DNA of 32,289 nucleotides from positions 1-32,289 of the forward strand of contig JBMYPC010000018.1 of NCBI GenBank assembly GCA_049599895.1, in the 5' to 3' direction. Made by a program: the position numbers and the translations under genes. This document shows positions 9,468 through 17,936 of the stretch, piece by piece (position 1 is the stretch's first letter; each line of letters opens with the position of its first letter). Under the pieces are notes generated by a model, which ran no database searches, was not told where the DNA came from, and saw nothing but the letters and a program-made list of their open reading frames with translations. This DNA is from Bacteriovoracaceae bacterium. GTDB taxonomy: Bacteria; Bdellovibrionota; Bacteriovoracia; Bacteriovoracales; Bacteriovoracaceae.

Positions 9468-9534
9468 CTCTCCAACTTTCAACAAACGAATTGGGTTTGA
9501 CCCAAGGGGAACACAAAAAAATCTCGGAGGAATT

Positions 9535-10458
9535 ATGAGAAGAACTTTAGGAACACTCGTTATTTCTGCATCTTTAGCATTTTCAAGCGTTGCTTCTGCA
9601 AGCGCAACATCTGCTTTAGTTGACATTGAAAATAACCTTAAAGAAGTAATTGTAGAAACTGGACAACTAGCATCTAATGCTATTCCAACTCTTAAGGGTT
9701 CAGCTTCTAACAGAGCTATCGTAGGAACCGCTCAAACTGTAACAGGTACTTTATCACTTGACGGTGAAAGAGTTGCTGACGGACTTGAGAACATTGGTGA
9801 AGCTGCCGTTAAGCTTGCTTCTGATACTGGATCTCTTGCAGTTGCAACTGTTCAAGCTGGATACGACAGCTTAAATATTCTTGACGAAAACACTGCTGCT
9901 CACGAGTTTATCGTTTCAGTTGGTAACAAGCTTGACGACGCTATCGACCAAGTTGATGACGAAGGTTTTAACTTCGTCGCTAACAAGCTTGCTGAAATCA
10001 CAGACAATGATCCAGTTGTTGGATTTGTTCTTGTTTCTTCTTTAAAGTCTATGGGTGACGCTTCTGAAGCAGGTTTCGACGCTGCTGGACAGATCTTCAT
10101 CAAGTCTCCATTTTCTCTTGCTAAGTCTGCTTACATGAACCTTTTCTCTTTTGCTAAAGGATTCACAGACGGATCATACGACAGCCCAAAAGACGTTCTT
10201 AAGGCAGTTGCTCAAGCTGGATTCAACATCATCCAAACAGCTGCTCAAGAAATCGTTAACATCATTTGGTCAGCTGTTCGATTTGCTAAAGAAGCTGCTG
10301 AAATCGTAATCGGTGAAAAAGGTGCGAAACTTTTCGCTATCTTAGAATTCATCGGTAACGGAGTTGAAGCGACTGTAGAAGGTGCTGGTAACCTACTTGA
10401 TAAAATCTTCAGTGGTAAGGGTACTCAAAAGAAATTTAAGAACCCAAGACTTAGATAA
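9535..10458 (+). CDS. Secreted Ala-rich helical hypothetical protein
   Basis: Signal peptide (MRRTLGTLVISASLAFSSVASA), GGAGG SD, own terminator; no recognised domain. Confidence 0.8.
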   Translation: MRRTLGTLVISASLAFSSVASASATSALVDIENNLKEVIVETGQLASNAIPTLKGSASNRAIVGTAQTVTGTLSLDGERVADGLENIGEAAVKLASDTGSLAVATVQAGYDSLNILDENTAAHEFIVSVGNKLDDAIDQVDDEGFNFVANKLAEITDNDPVVGFVLVSSLKSMGDASEAGFDAAGQIFIKSPFSLAKSAYMNLFSFAKGFTDGSYDSPKDVLKAVAQAGFNIIQTAAQEIVNIIWSAVRFAKEAAEIVIGEKGAKLFAILEFIGNGVEATVEGAGNLLDKIFSGKGTQKKFKNPRLR

Positions 10459-10489
10459 TTCATAATCTAAACTGAATTTCTTTATAATG

Positions 10490-10517
10490 AGGCCACCTAG
10501 AAATAGGTGGCCTTTTT
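10490..10517 (+). terminator. Intrinsic terminator
   Basis: AGGCCACCTA-GAAA-TAGGTGGCCT followed by TTTT. Confidence 0.9.
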
Positions 10518-10606
10518 AGTTTCTGCCGAAAAAATTTCCCCCCTGATTCACTCAACAAAATTCGATACGCTAGATGCCAAGATTGTCTTCAAACAAAGGA
10601 AAACCT

Positions 10607-10858
10607 ATGAAATGGTCAGCACTTGTTAATGTTAAATGGTCAAAAACAACTCCAGAAACAAAAGACTGGACATGGTTAAAAGATTGGAAAGAAGTTCAAA
10701 CCGCTTGGTCAACAATGGGACCGTGGGATGCGACGATTTGGGTCGATCTTGATAATCCAGGTGAAGTTGAAAGTTTTGTTCAAGAGAAACTTTGGTCTAA
10801 AGATTGGGTTGCGAAGACGGAGACTCATTGGGTGAAACAGGTCTGGAACGCCGCCTAG
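10607..10858 (+). CDS. 83-aa Trp-rich stand-alone Lrp/AsnC ligand-binding (RAM)-like domain
   Basis: ATG 10607 follows AAGGA. VQTAWSTMGPWDATIWV and WVAKTETHWV resemble the AsnC V-x6-G-x-[YW]-D and V-x2-T-x-T patterns. No HTH. Confidence 0.7.
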   Translation: MKWSALVNVKWSKTTPETKDWTWLKDWKEVQTAWSTMGPWDATIWVDLDNPGEVESFVQEKLWSKDWVAKTETHWVKQVWNAA

Positions 10859-10996
10859 CTTATTGGCTTCGAGATAAAATCCGGCCGATGCTTCATAACG
10901 TGCCACTGGCACCTTATGCCGCAGGTCGGTGGGTGAAACAGGTCTGGAACGCCGCCTAGCTTATTGGCTTCGAGATAAAATCCGGCCGATGCTTCA
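10829..10996. repeat. Perfect 67-bp direct repeat (10829-10895 and 10930-10996) with a 34-bp spacer
   Basis: TGGGTGAAACAGGTCTGGAACGCCGCCTAGCTTATTGGCTTCGAGATAAAATCCGGCCGATGCTTCA occurs twice, period 101. Confidence 0.97.
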
Positions 10997-10999
10997 ACC

Positions 11000-11044
11000 G
11001 GAGTGCATAAAAAGTTGCCGTTTCCGGCAAGTTTTTGTGCATCC
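11000..11044. repeat. Long imperfect inverted repeat; REP-like hairpin or bidirectional terminator between convergent genes
   Basis: TGCATAAAAAGTTGCCG-TTTC-CGGCAAGTTTTTGTGCA (15 of 17 Watson-Crick pairs), extended by GGA/TCC. Confidence 0.8.
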
Positions 11045-11064
11045 AGCGGAAGCCTTGATTGGTT

Positions 11065-11544
11065 TTATTTCAAAAACTCACAAGAAACTTTCTTATAAGT
11101 CTGAGTCCAGGGATCATAGAGATCCTGGACTTTTTCTCCATCAGTTAAAAAACTAAAATCGGGAATGTTCTCCCAAGTGTCGTAACAGCTTAGATAACTT
11201 ACGACCTGATTCAATGAGAGAAATTCTTTTTTGCACTTCTTAGCTTTGACATAAAGCTTTTTTGTCTCTTTGATTCGATCTGACTTTGAAATATCAATTT
11301 TTTCATTTTTCTTAAATTCAGTTTTGTTGAGGTTGTCATCATAAGCGTAAGTATTCTTAGGTCTGTAAACTGATTTAAGGTCTATTACGAGTTCACACTG
11401 AAAGGGTTTTGTATTTTTATTAAGCTTTTGCGAGAGAACTTTAAATTTCAGACAATAGGCTGCTGGGTTATGGGGAAAATTACAAAGTCCCCAAACATTG
11501 AAGCTTATCAGAGTTAAAAATAAGATAAATAGTTTTTTCACCAT
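11065..11544 (-). CDS. Secreted Lys-rich, Cys-containing hypothetical protein
   Basis: Signal peptide MVKKLFILFLTLISFNVWG; six Cys; starts 1 nt after the kmo stop. Confidence 0.7.
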   Translation of the reverse strand: MVKKLFILFLTLISFNVWGLCNFPHNPAAYCLKFKVLSQKLNKNTKPFQCELVIDLKSVYRPKNTYAYDDNLNKTEFKKNEKIDISKSDRIKETKKLYVKAKKCKKEFLSLNQVVSYLSCYDTWENIPDFSFLTDGEKVQDLYDPWTQTYKKVSCEFLK

Positions 11545-11545
11545 A

Positions 11546-12880
11546 TCAGAGAATATTGATCAATCTCTCAGCGTAATCAAAATCGATTTCGCTTAAATCT
11601 CTTTTATTATCGCATAATTTCTGAAGGATATGTTCTTGTTTTTTACCTTCGTTCTGGGCCTCGACATAGGGAACCAGAGTTTGGGTAACGAGGTAATATC
11701 GTGGCTGAAAGCTCTCCTTAAAACGATTGGCAAGAACCTTTTCCACTTCTTTTTTAAAAAGAAATTTCTCATTGGCCACTCGAGTTTGCATCTCAATAAA
11801 GTTATCTAAGGCCATATCAGCAATGGCATCGGCATTAGGTTTTCTTCTTTCATAAAACTTTTGAAGTAAAACTGAGATATCTTCACTCCAGTCAAAGTCT
11901 GACAAAAGATCATTTAAGATGAAGCAGTCTTCAAATCCTGCATTACAACCCTGTCCAAAAAATGGTACGATCGCGTGAGCAGCATCCCCTATTAAGGTAT
12001 AGCGATCAAAATTCCAGGGAGTTGACCAAACCGTTCCTAGTTTTCCAACAGGATGAGTTTCAAATTCTTCTTCAAGATTAGGAAGCTTAGGTAAAATATC
12101 TGAATAGTATTTTTCAAAATACTTTTTCGCTGTTCGGTGACTTTCAAGATCATCAAAGCTTTCTTTTCCAGCATGGGGAAGATAAAGAGTCAGGGTAAAA
12201 CTTTTATCGACGTTGGGAAGGGCCATAAGAAAATGATGTCCTCTGGGCCAAAGATGAAGTTTGTCTCCTTCAATCTCAAACTCTCCACTCTGATCAGGTG
12301 AAAGAGAAAGCTCCTTATAACCCGAAGAAATAAATTTTACCGTTTCTTTAATTTGCCCTCGCTCAACCAGATGATGTCTTAGAGTTGAACCAGCTCCATC
12401 AGCACCGATAAATAAATCATAGTCTTCTTCAGTAAAAGAATTGAATTTGGCCCGATGGTGAGTGAAGTCAATGTGCTGAAGAACTGCTTCATAACGGATT
12501 TCAACCCCCGCGTTTTCAGCTTCTTGAATGAGAAAACGGTTCAAATGATTCCGATTGACCGAGTAATTGCACTCGTTTCCAGTTGGCCCATAAGACTGGA
12601 AAGTACATTCCCCTTCAATTGAGTGAACCATTCTTCCATAAACAGGAGTCACAATTTCTTTAACTTTTCCCCAAAGAGAAAGCTCTTTTAAAGCATGAAC
12701 ACCTCTTGAAGTTAAAACAAGATTAATTGATCTCCCATCGTCAAACTCATTACTTTCAGGACTTTTTCTTTTTTCAACAAGAATGGTTTGAAACCCAAGT
12801 TTTCGACAATAAATCGCCTGCAAGGTCCCAACCAGCCCTGCTCCAACAATAAGAATTTTTTTAGATTGATTTTTATTCAA
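11546..12880 (-). CDS. kmo: Kynurenine 3-monooxygenase
   Basis: GAGLVG, GRSINLVL, GADGAGS, LHLWPRG, LIGDAAHAIVPFFGQGCNAGFED, MALDNFIEM. Probable start is the TTG at 12880 overlapping the kynU end; the ORF track start at 12922 lies further inside kynU. Confidence 0.94.
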   Translation of the reverse strand: MNKNQSKKILIVGAGLVGTLQAIYCRKLGFQTILVEKRKSPESNEFDDGRSINLVLTSRGVHALKELSLWGKVKEIVTPVYGRMVHSIEGECTFQSYGPTGNECNYSVNRNHLNRFLIQEAENAGVEIRYEAVLQHIDFTHHRAKFNSFTEEDYDLFIGADGAGSTLRHHLVERGQIKETVKFISSGYKELSLSPDQSGEFEIEGDKLHLWPRGHHFLMALPNVDKSFTLTLYLPHAGKESFDDLESHRTAKKYFEKYYSDILPKLPNLEEEFETHPVGKLGTVWSTPWNFDRYTLIGDAAHAIVPFFGQGCNAGFEDCFILNDLLSDFDWSEDISVLLQKFYERRKPNADAIADMALDNFIEMQTRVANEKFLFKKEVEKVLANRFKESFQPRYYLVTQTLVPYVEAQNEGKKQEHILQKLCDNKRDLSEIDFDYAERLINIL

Positions 12881-14141
12881 CAGTCTTTCCCAATTCATCA
12901 ACAAGATGGAAAACATCTTCATAATTATTATAAATAGGAACAGGAGTAAATCTTAAGATATTAGGCTCTCTAAAATCGGCAATAATTTGTTTTTCAACAA
13001 GTTTTTTATAAAGTTTTTTCCCATCTCCTGAATAAAGAACACTCAGCATTGATCCTCGAGTTTGTTCTTCTTCGCAAAACTTCGGAGTGACAACTTTTAT
13101 TTTCCCCTGACACTTATGAGTAAGACCAAGTTCAAGGTATGAAGTCAGTTTATCACCACGAGTTCTTAGATTTTGGATTCCCGCTTTTGTATAAAGTTCA
13201 AGGCTTCCTCTTAATGAAGCTAAAAGAATTGTTGGAGCATTACTTAATTGCCAAGCTTCTGCTGTTGGAATTGGTTCAAAAACATCCTTCATAAGAAATC
13301 GATTCTTCTTATCTGTTCCCCACCAACCTTCAAAACGAGGAATACTTGGGTCATGGTGGTGTTTTTCATTCACAAAAACAAAAGAGATATTCCCTGGACC
13401 AGAATTAAGATATTTATAAGAACAACAAACAGCAAAGTCCACGTTGTCTTTTGAAAGATCAAGAACCAAGTTCCCCGCTCCATGCGCAAGGTTCAGACCA
13501 AAGAGTGCTCCAATTTCATGAGTCTTTTCCGAGTATCTTTTAATAGAAAAGGCCTGTCCTGAAAGGTAGTTACAATTTCCAAGAAGAACCAGAGCAATCT
13601 CATCTTTATTGTCTTCAAGAAAATCAAAACATTCTTTTTCATCATGGGTCCATCCATCTTCTGAAAAAGGAAGAATAAGAAGGTCTTCTTCAGGATTCAA
13701 ACCATGAAATCGAAGCTGAGATTTCACAGCATAAACATCGGAAGGAAAGCAATTCCCTTCAATCACAATCTTTCTTCTTTTCCCTTCGGGTCTAAAAAAA
13801 GAAACGAGCATTAAATGAAGATTTACAGTCAGAGTATTCATCGCCACAACTTCTGATTCTTTCGCTCCAAGAAGATGACTAATATCACTGGCTAAAAGTT
13901 CATGATAAGGAACCCAGGGCTCTTTTGGCACAAAGTGGCCTTCGACAGCATAATGCTTCCACTTTTCGAGCTCTTCATTGATGTATTCCACTGACTTTTT
14001 AGGCCTTAGCCCCAGTGAGTGTCCTGCAAAATAAAGGGAGGCTTCAGAAAAGTCGAACTCTGAGCGAAAGCTTGAAAGAGGGTCCTTTTGGTCCAATTCC
14101 TTAGCATTTTCTAATGTAAAGTCTGATTCTGTAAAACTCAT
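12873..14141 (-). CDS. kynU: Kynureninase (PLP-dependent)
   Basis: YFAGHSLGL, MNTLTVNLHL, FPSDVYA, AHGAGN, CSYKYLNSGPG, GWWG, WQLSN. Confidence 0.96.
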   Translation of the reverse strand: MSFTESDFTLENAKELDQKDPLSSFRSEFDFSEASLYFAGHSLGLRPKKSVEYINEELEKWKHYAVEGHFVPKEPWVPYHELLASDISHLLGAKESEVVAMNTLTVNLHLMLVSFFRPEGKRRKIVIEGNCFPSDVYAVKSQLRFHGLNPEEDLLILPFSEDGWTHDEKECFDFLEDNKDEIALVLLGNCNYLSGQAFSIKRYSEKTHEIGALFGLNLAHGAGNLVLDLSKDNVDFAVCCSYKYLNSGPGNISFVFVNEKHHHDPSIPRFEGWWGTDKKNRFLMKDVFEPIPTAEAWQLSNAPTILLASLRGSLELYTKAGIQNLRTRGDKLTSYLELGLTHKCQGKIKVVTPKFCEEEQTRGSMLSVLYSGDGKKLYKKLVEKQIIADFREPNILRFTPVPIYNNYEDVFHLVDELGKTVE

Positions 14142-14674
14142 TATCTAAACCTTTTGATGAAGTCCTTATAAACATCTTCTCTTCTCTCACCTTGACACCA
14201 TCTTTTAACAGAGGATCGATTAAATGGTTGAGATTTTGCAATTAGAACGGCTTGATCCATCCCTTCGCGGTCTTTGAAATAAATATAACTCGCAAGCCGA
14301 TCTTTAATGCTATCAGTAGGAGAAAGAATTTTTATTATACTCCCATCAACCATCTCTTCTCTAGGTCTAATGTCATAATCTTCCCCAATTCCGAGTGGTC
14401 CAGATGGAAACTCTACAAAAAGATGTGCGCAATGAGGATGCCTATATTCTTTGCCCTTTTTTAAAAATCCTATTTCTTTCATAACCTCAGGCAATCTTTC
14501 CTTCGATAGGTTTTGAATTACAAAATCCAAATCCCCAGACTCATACGCTCCTTCAGAGTACACAGAAACAACTGCACCACCTACCAACACAGCATCAAAT
14601 CCACTATCAGAAAGATGTTTTCCAACAAATCTCCATAGACCTTCCTCTGTTACAGTGCTGAAATCAATCTTCAT
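14141..14674 (-). CDS. Pol-beta-superfamily nucleotidyltransferase-like protein (AbiEii-like)
   Basis: AVLVGGAVVSVYSEGAYESGDLDFV fits the GG...S-x-D-L-D NTase motif; start overlaps the upstream wHTH stop (ATGA). Confidence 0.65.
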   Translation of the reverse strand: MKIDFSTVTEEGLWRFVGKHLSDSGFDAVLVGGAVVSVYSEGAYESGDLDFVIQNLSKERLPEVMKEIGFLKKGKEYRHPHCAHLFVEFPSGPLGIGEDYDIRPREEMVDGSIIKILSPTDSIKDRLASYIYFKDREGMDQAVLIAKSQPFNRSSVKRWCQGERREDVYKDFIKRFR

Positions 14675-15018
14675 GAATCACGACCTATAACTGACTTCCC
14701 TTTCCTTCTTGGTCTTCTTCTGGATGAAAAAATTTCTTCTTTTTCTTTTAGAGGTATTGATTCATAACAAAGCTTTACTAATTCAATAAATGGCTTAGTA
14801 ATCGCACCTTGTTTTTTGTTAAACTGATAAACTCGCGTTCTTCCAGATCGCTTTGAAATAATAACTCCTGCCTCTTCGAACCGATCAAATTGTCTTTGAA
14901 CCTGTCCAAGGGATATTTTAAAATCTTTCGCAACACCAGTAGGATAAGACTCACCATAGTGATAAAGGTGTAAAAATATTTTCTGTGCTGTCTTAGAGCC
15001 TAATATTTTATCGAGCAT
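14671..15018 (-). CDS. Winged helix-turn-helix protein (putative antitoxin or regulator)
   Basis: YPTGVAKDFKISLGQVQRQFDRFEEAGVIISKRSGRTRVYQFN is HTH plus wing; basic tail RRRPRRKGK. Confidence 0.8.
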   Translation of the reverse strand: MLDKILGSKTAQKIFLHLYHYGESYPTGVAKDFKISLGQVQRQFDRFEEAGVIISKRSGRTRVYQFNKKQGAITKPFIELVKLCYESIPLKEKEEIFSSRRRPRRKGKSVIGRDS

Positions 15019-15024
15019 ATTAAA

Positions 15025-15053
15025 ATAATATGAGAAAACCTAGTCAAAATCAA
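15025..15053 (-). promoter_or_regulatory. Candidate leaderless sigma70 promoter of the wHTH-NTase-kynU-kmo unit
   Basis: TTGATT (15053-15048), N17, TATTAT (15030-15025), N6, then ATG (15018); no SD. Confidence 0.6.
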
Positions 15054-15112
15054 CCCCCAAGAGGGGTTTTATAACCCCCTTTAGGGGTGTTACAAATAAC
15101 ACTCTCTTGTAA
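15052..15112. promoter_or_regulatory. Tandem palindromic operator-like sites in the divergent intergenic region
   Basis: AACCCCCAAGAGGGGTT (15052-15068) and AACCCCCTTTAGGGGTG (15073-15089), 21-bp period; TTACAA-N11-TTGTAA (15090-15112). Confidence 0.55.
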
Positions 15113-15132
15113 GTGCAAATCTTAATAAAGAA

Positions 15133-15840
15133 ATGTATTCTAACACCATGAACTTAGACAAAAATCCCATACAAATCATTGATATTTCTCCATTAATTTC
15201 AAAAGATTTAGGGGTCTTTCCTGGAGATAAGACTTTTGAGCGCCACACAAACCTCTCATTTGAAAGTGGACATAACTTAGAGCTTTCAAGCATTGAGACC
15301 ACTCTTCATCTTGGGGCCCACACCGATGCCCCTAATCATTATCATTCTGAAGGAATGGGCATCCATGAACGTTCGCTTCACTATTATTTGGGAGATTGCC
15401 AGGTCGTTGAGATCAAAACTGCAAGTGGAGAAAATAATAGAATCATCCCAAGTGACTTTGATGGGGATTCTATTAAATCGCCCAGGGTTCTTTTTAAGAC
15501 AAATAGCTTCCCCGATCCCGATAATTGGAATTCAGACTTCTATTCTTTTGCTCCAGAAACAATTGAGCTTCTGGCCTCCAAGCATGTGATCACCGTTGGA
15601 ATCGATACACCTTCCGTTGACCCTGAAAATGACAAAGACCTTCTCACTCATAATCAAATCTTTAAATTCAATCTGGCCATCATCGAAGGTATTGTCTTAA
15701 AAGATGTTGATCCAGGTCATTACTTTTTAAGTGCGCTTCCATTAAAAATAAAAGATGCTGATGCGGCTCCCTGTCGAGCTGTTTTAATAAAAGAGGTAGG
15801 CCATGCTGAAGCCTTTCAATCTGCAAAATTGGATCGATGA
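15133..15840 (+). CDS. kynB: Kynurenine formamidase (cyclase family)
   Basis: HLGAHTDAP (HxGTHxDAP variant), [29 protein letters not shown]; start could be 15148. Confidence 0.9.
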   Translation: MYSNTMNLDKNPIQIIDISPLISKDLGVFPGDKTFERHTNLSFESGHNLELSSIETTLHLGAHTDAPNHYHSEGMGIHERSLHYYLGDCQVVEIKTASGENNRIIPSDFDGDSIKSPRVLFKTNSFPDPDNWNSDFYSFAPETIELLASKHVITVGIDTPSVDPENDKDLLTHNQIFKFNLAIIEGIVLKDVDPGHYFLSALPLKIKDADAAPCRAVLIKEVGHAEAFQSAKLDR

Positions 15841-16306
15841 ACACAGAGAACTTTTAAAACCACCCGTTGGTAACAAAGTCATTTGGAAAGATTCTGAGTT
15901 CATCGTCATGGTTGTCGGTGGCCCCAACTCTCGAACAGATTATCACGTTAATGAAGGTGAAGAGTTTTTCTATCAACTCAAAGGAACTCTCACATTAAAA
16001 ATTGTCAATAACGAAGGGAAGCTCGAAGACCTGATCTTAAATGGAGGCGATGTTTTCATGCTTCCAGCGAACGTCCCCCATTCTCCACAGAGAGCCCCTG
16101 AATCCATTGGACTAGTAGTGGAAAGAAAAAGAAAGCCTGAAGAAAAAGATGGTCTTCAATGGTATTGCCAAAACTGCGGTCACAAGCTTTATGAAGAGTT
16201 TTTTCATCTCAAAGATATTGAAAATCAATTCCAAGCAGTTTTTGATCGATTTAACTCAAGCAAAGAAAATAGAACCTGTTCCGTTTGTGGAACGACCCAC
16301 CCTTAG
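15803..16306 (+). CDS. nbaC: 3-hydroxyanthranilate 3,4-dioxygenase
   Basis: [39 protein letters not shown], rubredoxin-like CQNC/CSVC; GAGG SD. Confidence 0.96.
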   Translation: MLKPFNLQNWIDEHRELLKPPVGNKVIWKDSEFIVMVVGGPNSRTDYHVNEGEEFFYQLKGTLTLKIVNNEGKLEDLILNGGDVFMLPANVPHSPQRAPESIGLVVERKRKPEEKDGLQWYCQNCGHKLYEEFFHLKDIENQFQAVFDRFNSSKENRTCSVCGTTHP

Positions 16307-17322
16307 CCTTTCTTTCTTCCTAAGATCACTTTTGAAAAAAGCACTTTCTTATGACTTATGATCTCAACACCGAGTTCTTCAAGAATTGGTTCAATGGGAT
16401 TAGCGATATAATTTCGATAGAATGGCTCGTGATATTTTCTCGGAAAATCTTCTAAAATTTCTTTCCACTCTGGAGCATCATGAGTTTGTAAACTTTCAAT
16501 AATAACGACAAGGCCATCTTTTTTAGTCACTCTCACCTGCTCTTCAATGGCAAGTTTTCTCTCTTTTTCAGGCAATTCATGTAAAAGAAAGATCTGAAAT
16601 GTGAGATCAAAAATCTCACACTCGTAAGTAAGAGATGTAGCATCTTGAGCAAGAAATTCAATATTCTTATAATCACTAAACTTTTCTTTAGAGTATTGAA
16701 TATATTCTTCACTGATATCCGTGGCAGTGATGTGGGCCTTAGGGTAAACCTTTGAAAGAATTCTTGAACCAATGCCTGTCCCGGCTGCGATTTCAAGAAC
16801 AAGAGGATTTTCCATTTTCAGATGTTTCTGAAGAGGTTCAATCATCGCCCTTCTCATCACATTGGCCATTCCTCCAAATAGAATTTCCACTTGATGCTCG
16901 TAAAGTCTTGCAGAGTGCTCACTTGTGTAACCATCTGTTTGAAAATGAAAAGATCGGTTGAAGTATTGCGGATAATCAGAGCTATCATCTAGAGTTGTTT
17001 TATTTTTATACCTTCTCCAGATTACACTTGGATAATCTTTAAGAATAAGTGAGAAAGATTTCAAATGCTTAAGCAGGTCTTCTTTGGGTTTCAGAGACTC
17101 TGGGTAGATTCCCTTAGTGAAATTTTCAGCATCTTGATTCATCACCTTAAAAACTTCTCGGATTATGGAACGTCCATAAGTCTTAGCAAGAGCTTTATTT
17201 CGTAGAGGTTTTCCGGAAAGTGTCGATAAAGTATCAAGAACTCGAAACTCAAGGTTGTACTTCTGTGTATAGAGAAAATTATCGGCAAAGTGCTTATATC
17301 TTTTTATTGTTTCGTTAGTCAT
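16303..17322 (-). CDS. Class I SAM-dependent methyltransferase (UbiE/MenG-like C-domain), substrate unknown
   Basis: VLEIAAGTG motif I, ATDIS, FLLHELP; N-terminal FHFQTDGY...[10 protein letters not shown] segment. Confidence 0.85.
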   Translation of the reverse strand: MTNETIKRYKHFADNFLYTQKYNLEFRVLDTLSTLSGKPLRNKALAKTYGRSIIREVFKVMNQDAENFTKGIYPESLKPKEDLLKHLKSFSLILKDYPSVIWRRYKNKTTLDDSSDYPQYFNRSFHFQTDGYTSEHSARLYEHQVEILFGGMANVMRRAMIEPLQKHLKMENPLVLEIAAGTGIGSRILSKVYPKAHITATDISEEYIQYSKEKFSDYKNIEFLAQDATSLTYECEIFDLTFQIFLLHELPEKERKLAIEEQVRVTKKDGLVVIIESLQTHDAPEWKEILEDFPRKYHEPFYRNYIANPIEPILEELGVEIISHKKVLFSKVILGRKKG

Positions 17323-17384
17323 GGTGTCATTTTGTTAGATTCTAAGAAAAAGATCAAGAGGACAAATATTAGATCACCGTTTAA

Positions 17385-17936
17385 TTAGGTTTCGAGATTT
17401 AAAAACTTAAGAAAGAAATAGATCATCACTCCTGTAAAGGAGACATAAACCCAAACTGGAAATGTCCATCTTGCGATTTTTTTATGCTTTTCCCATTTTT
17501 TCACTGCGGCAAAATAAAGAGTAGAGAAAACCATAGGAACCATAATCATTGAGAGAAGGATATGAGTAATAAGGATAAAGAAATAGACATAACGGATAAG
17601 ACCCTCTGTTAAAAACTTCGTATCCCCTTGATAATAATGATAAACAAGATAACTCACCAGAAAGAGAGCCGATGTCAGTGTCGCCGAAAGCATCGCCTTT
17701 ATATGCGCTTCTCTTTTTCCATTTTTGATGAAGATATAACCAACAATCAAAAGACAGGTGGTTATAAAGTTTAAGCTCGCATTGACTTCAGGAAGATAAG
17801 CGACCCAAGAAGCTCTCACCGCTGCCCCTTGATTAATATAAATAATCCAAAAAAGGAAAATACAGATGATAACGGAGAGAACTCCGATGATGGTAAGAGC
17901 ACTTTTGTCACTAGAATGATTATTCTGTAGGTTCAA
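17385..17936 (-). CDS. DUF420 family membrane protein (CtaM/YozB-like oxidase assembly factor)
   Basis: LPEVNASLN, HIKAM, FLVSYLVYHY, LITHILL, HKKIARWTFPVWVYVSFTG. Confidence 0.88.
   Translation of the reverse strand: MNLQNNHSSDKSALTIIGVLSVIICIFLFWIIYINQGAAVRASWVAYLPEVNASLNFITTCLLIVGYIFIKNGKREAHIKAMLSATLTSALFLVSYLVYHYYQGDTKFLTEGLIRYVYFFILITHILLSMIMVPMVFSTLYFAAVKKWEKHKKIARWTFPVWVYVSFTGVMIYFFLKFLNLET

Noticed and set aside
10829..10996. Repeat-spacer-repeat as a minimal CRISPR array
   Set aside because: The 67-bp repeat is too long, includes coding sequence, has only two copies, and no cas genes are present.
10929..11156. 75-aa ORF on the plus strand
   Set aside because: Built from the duplicated segment and hairpin, overlaps the convergent gene, no clear SD.
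16303..17322. Naming the methyltransferase ubiE/menG or rquA
   Set aside because: Only the generic class I motifs are recognisable; the N-terminal half does not match what I know of those families.
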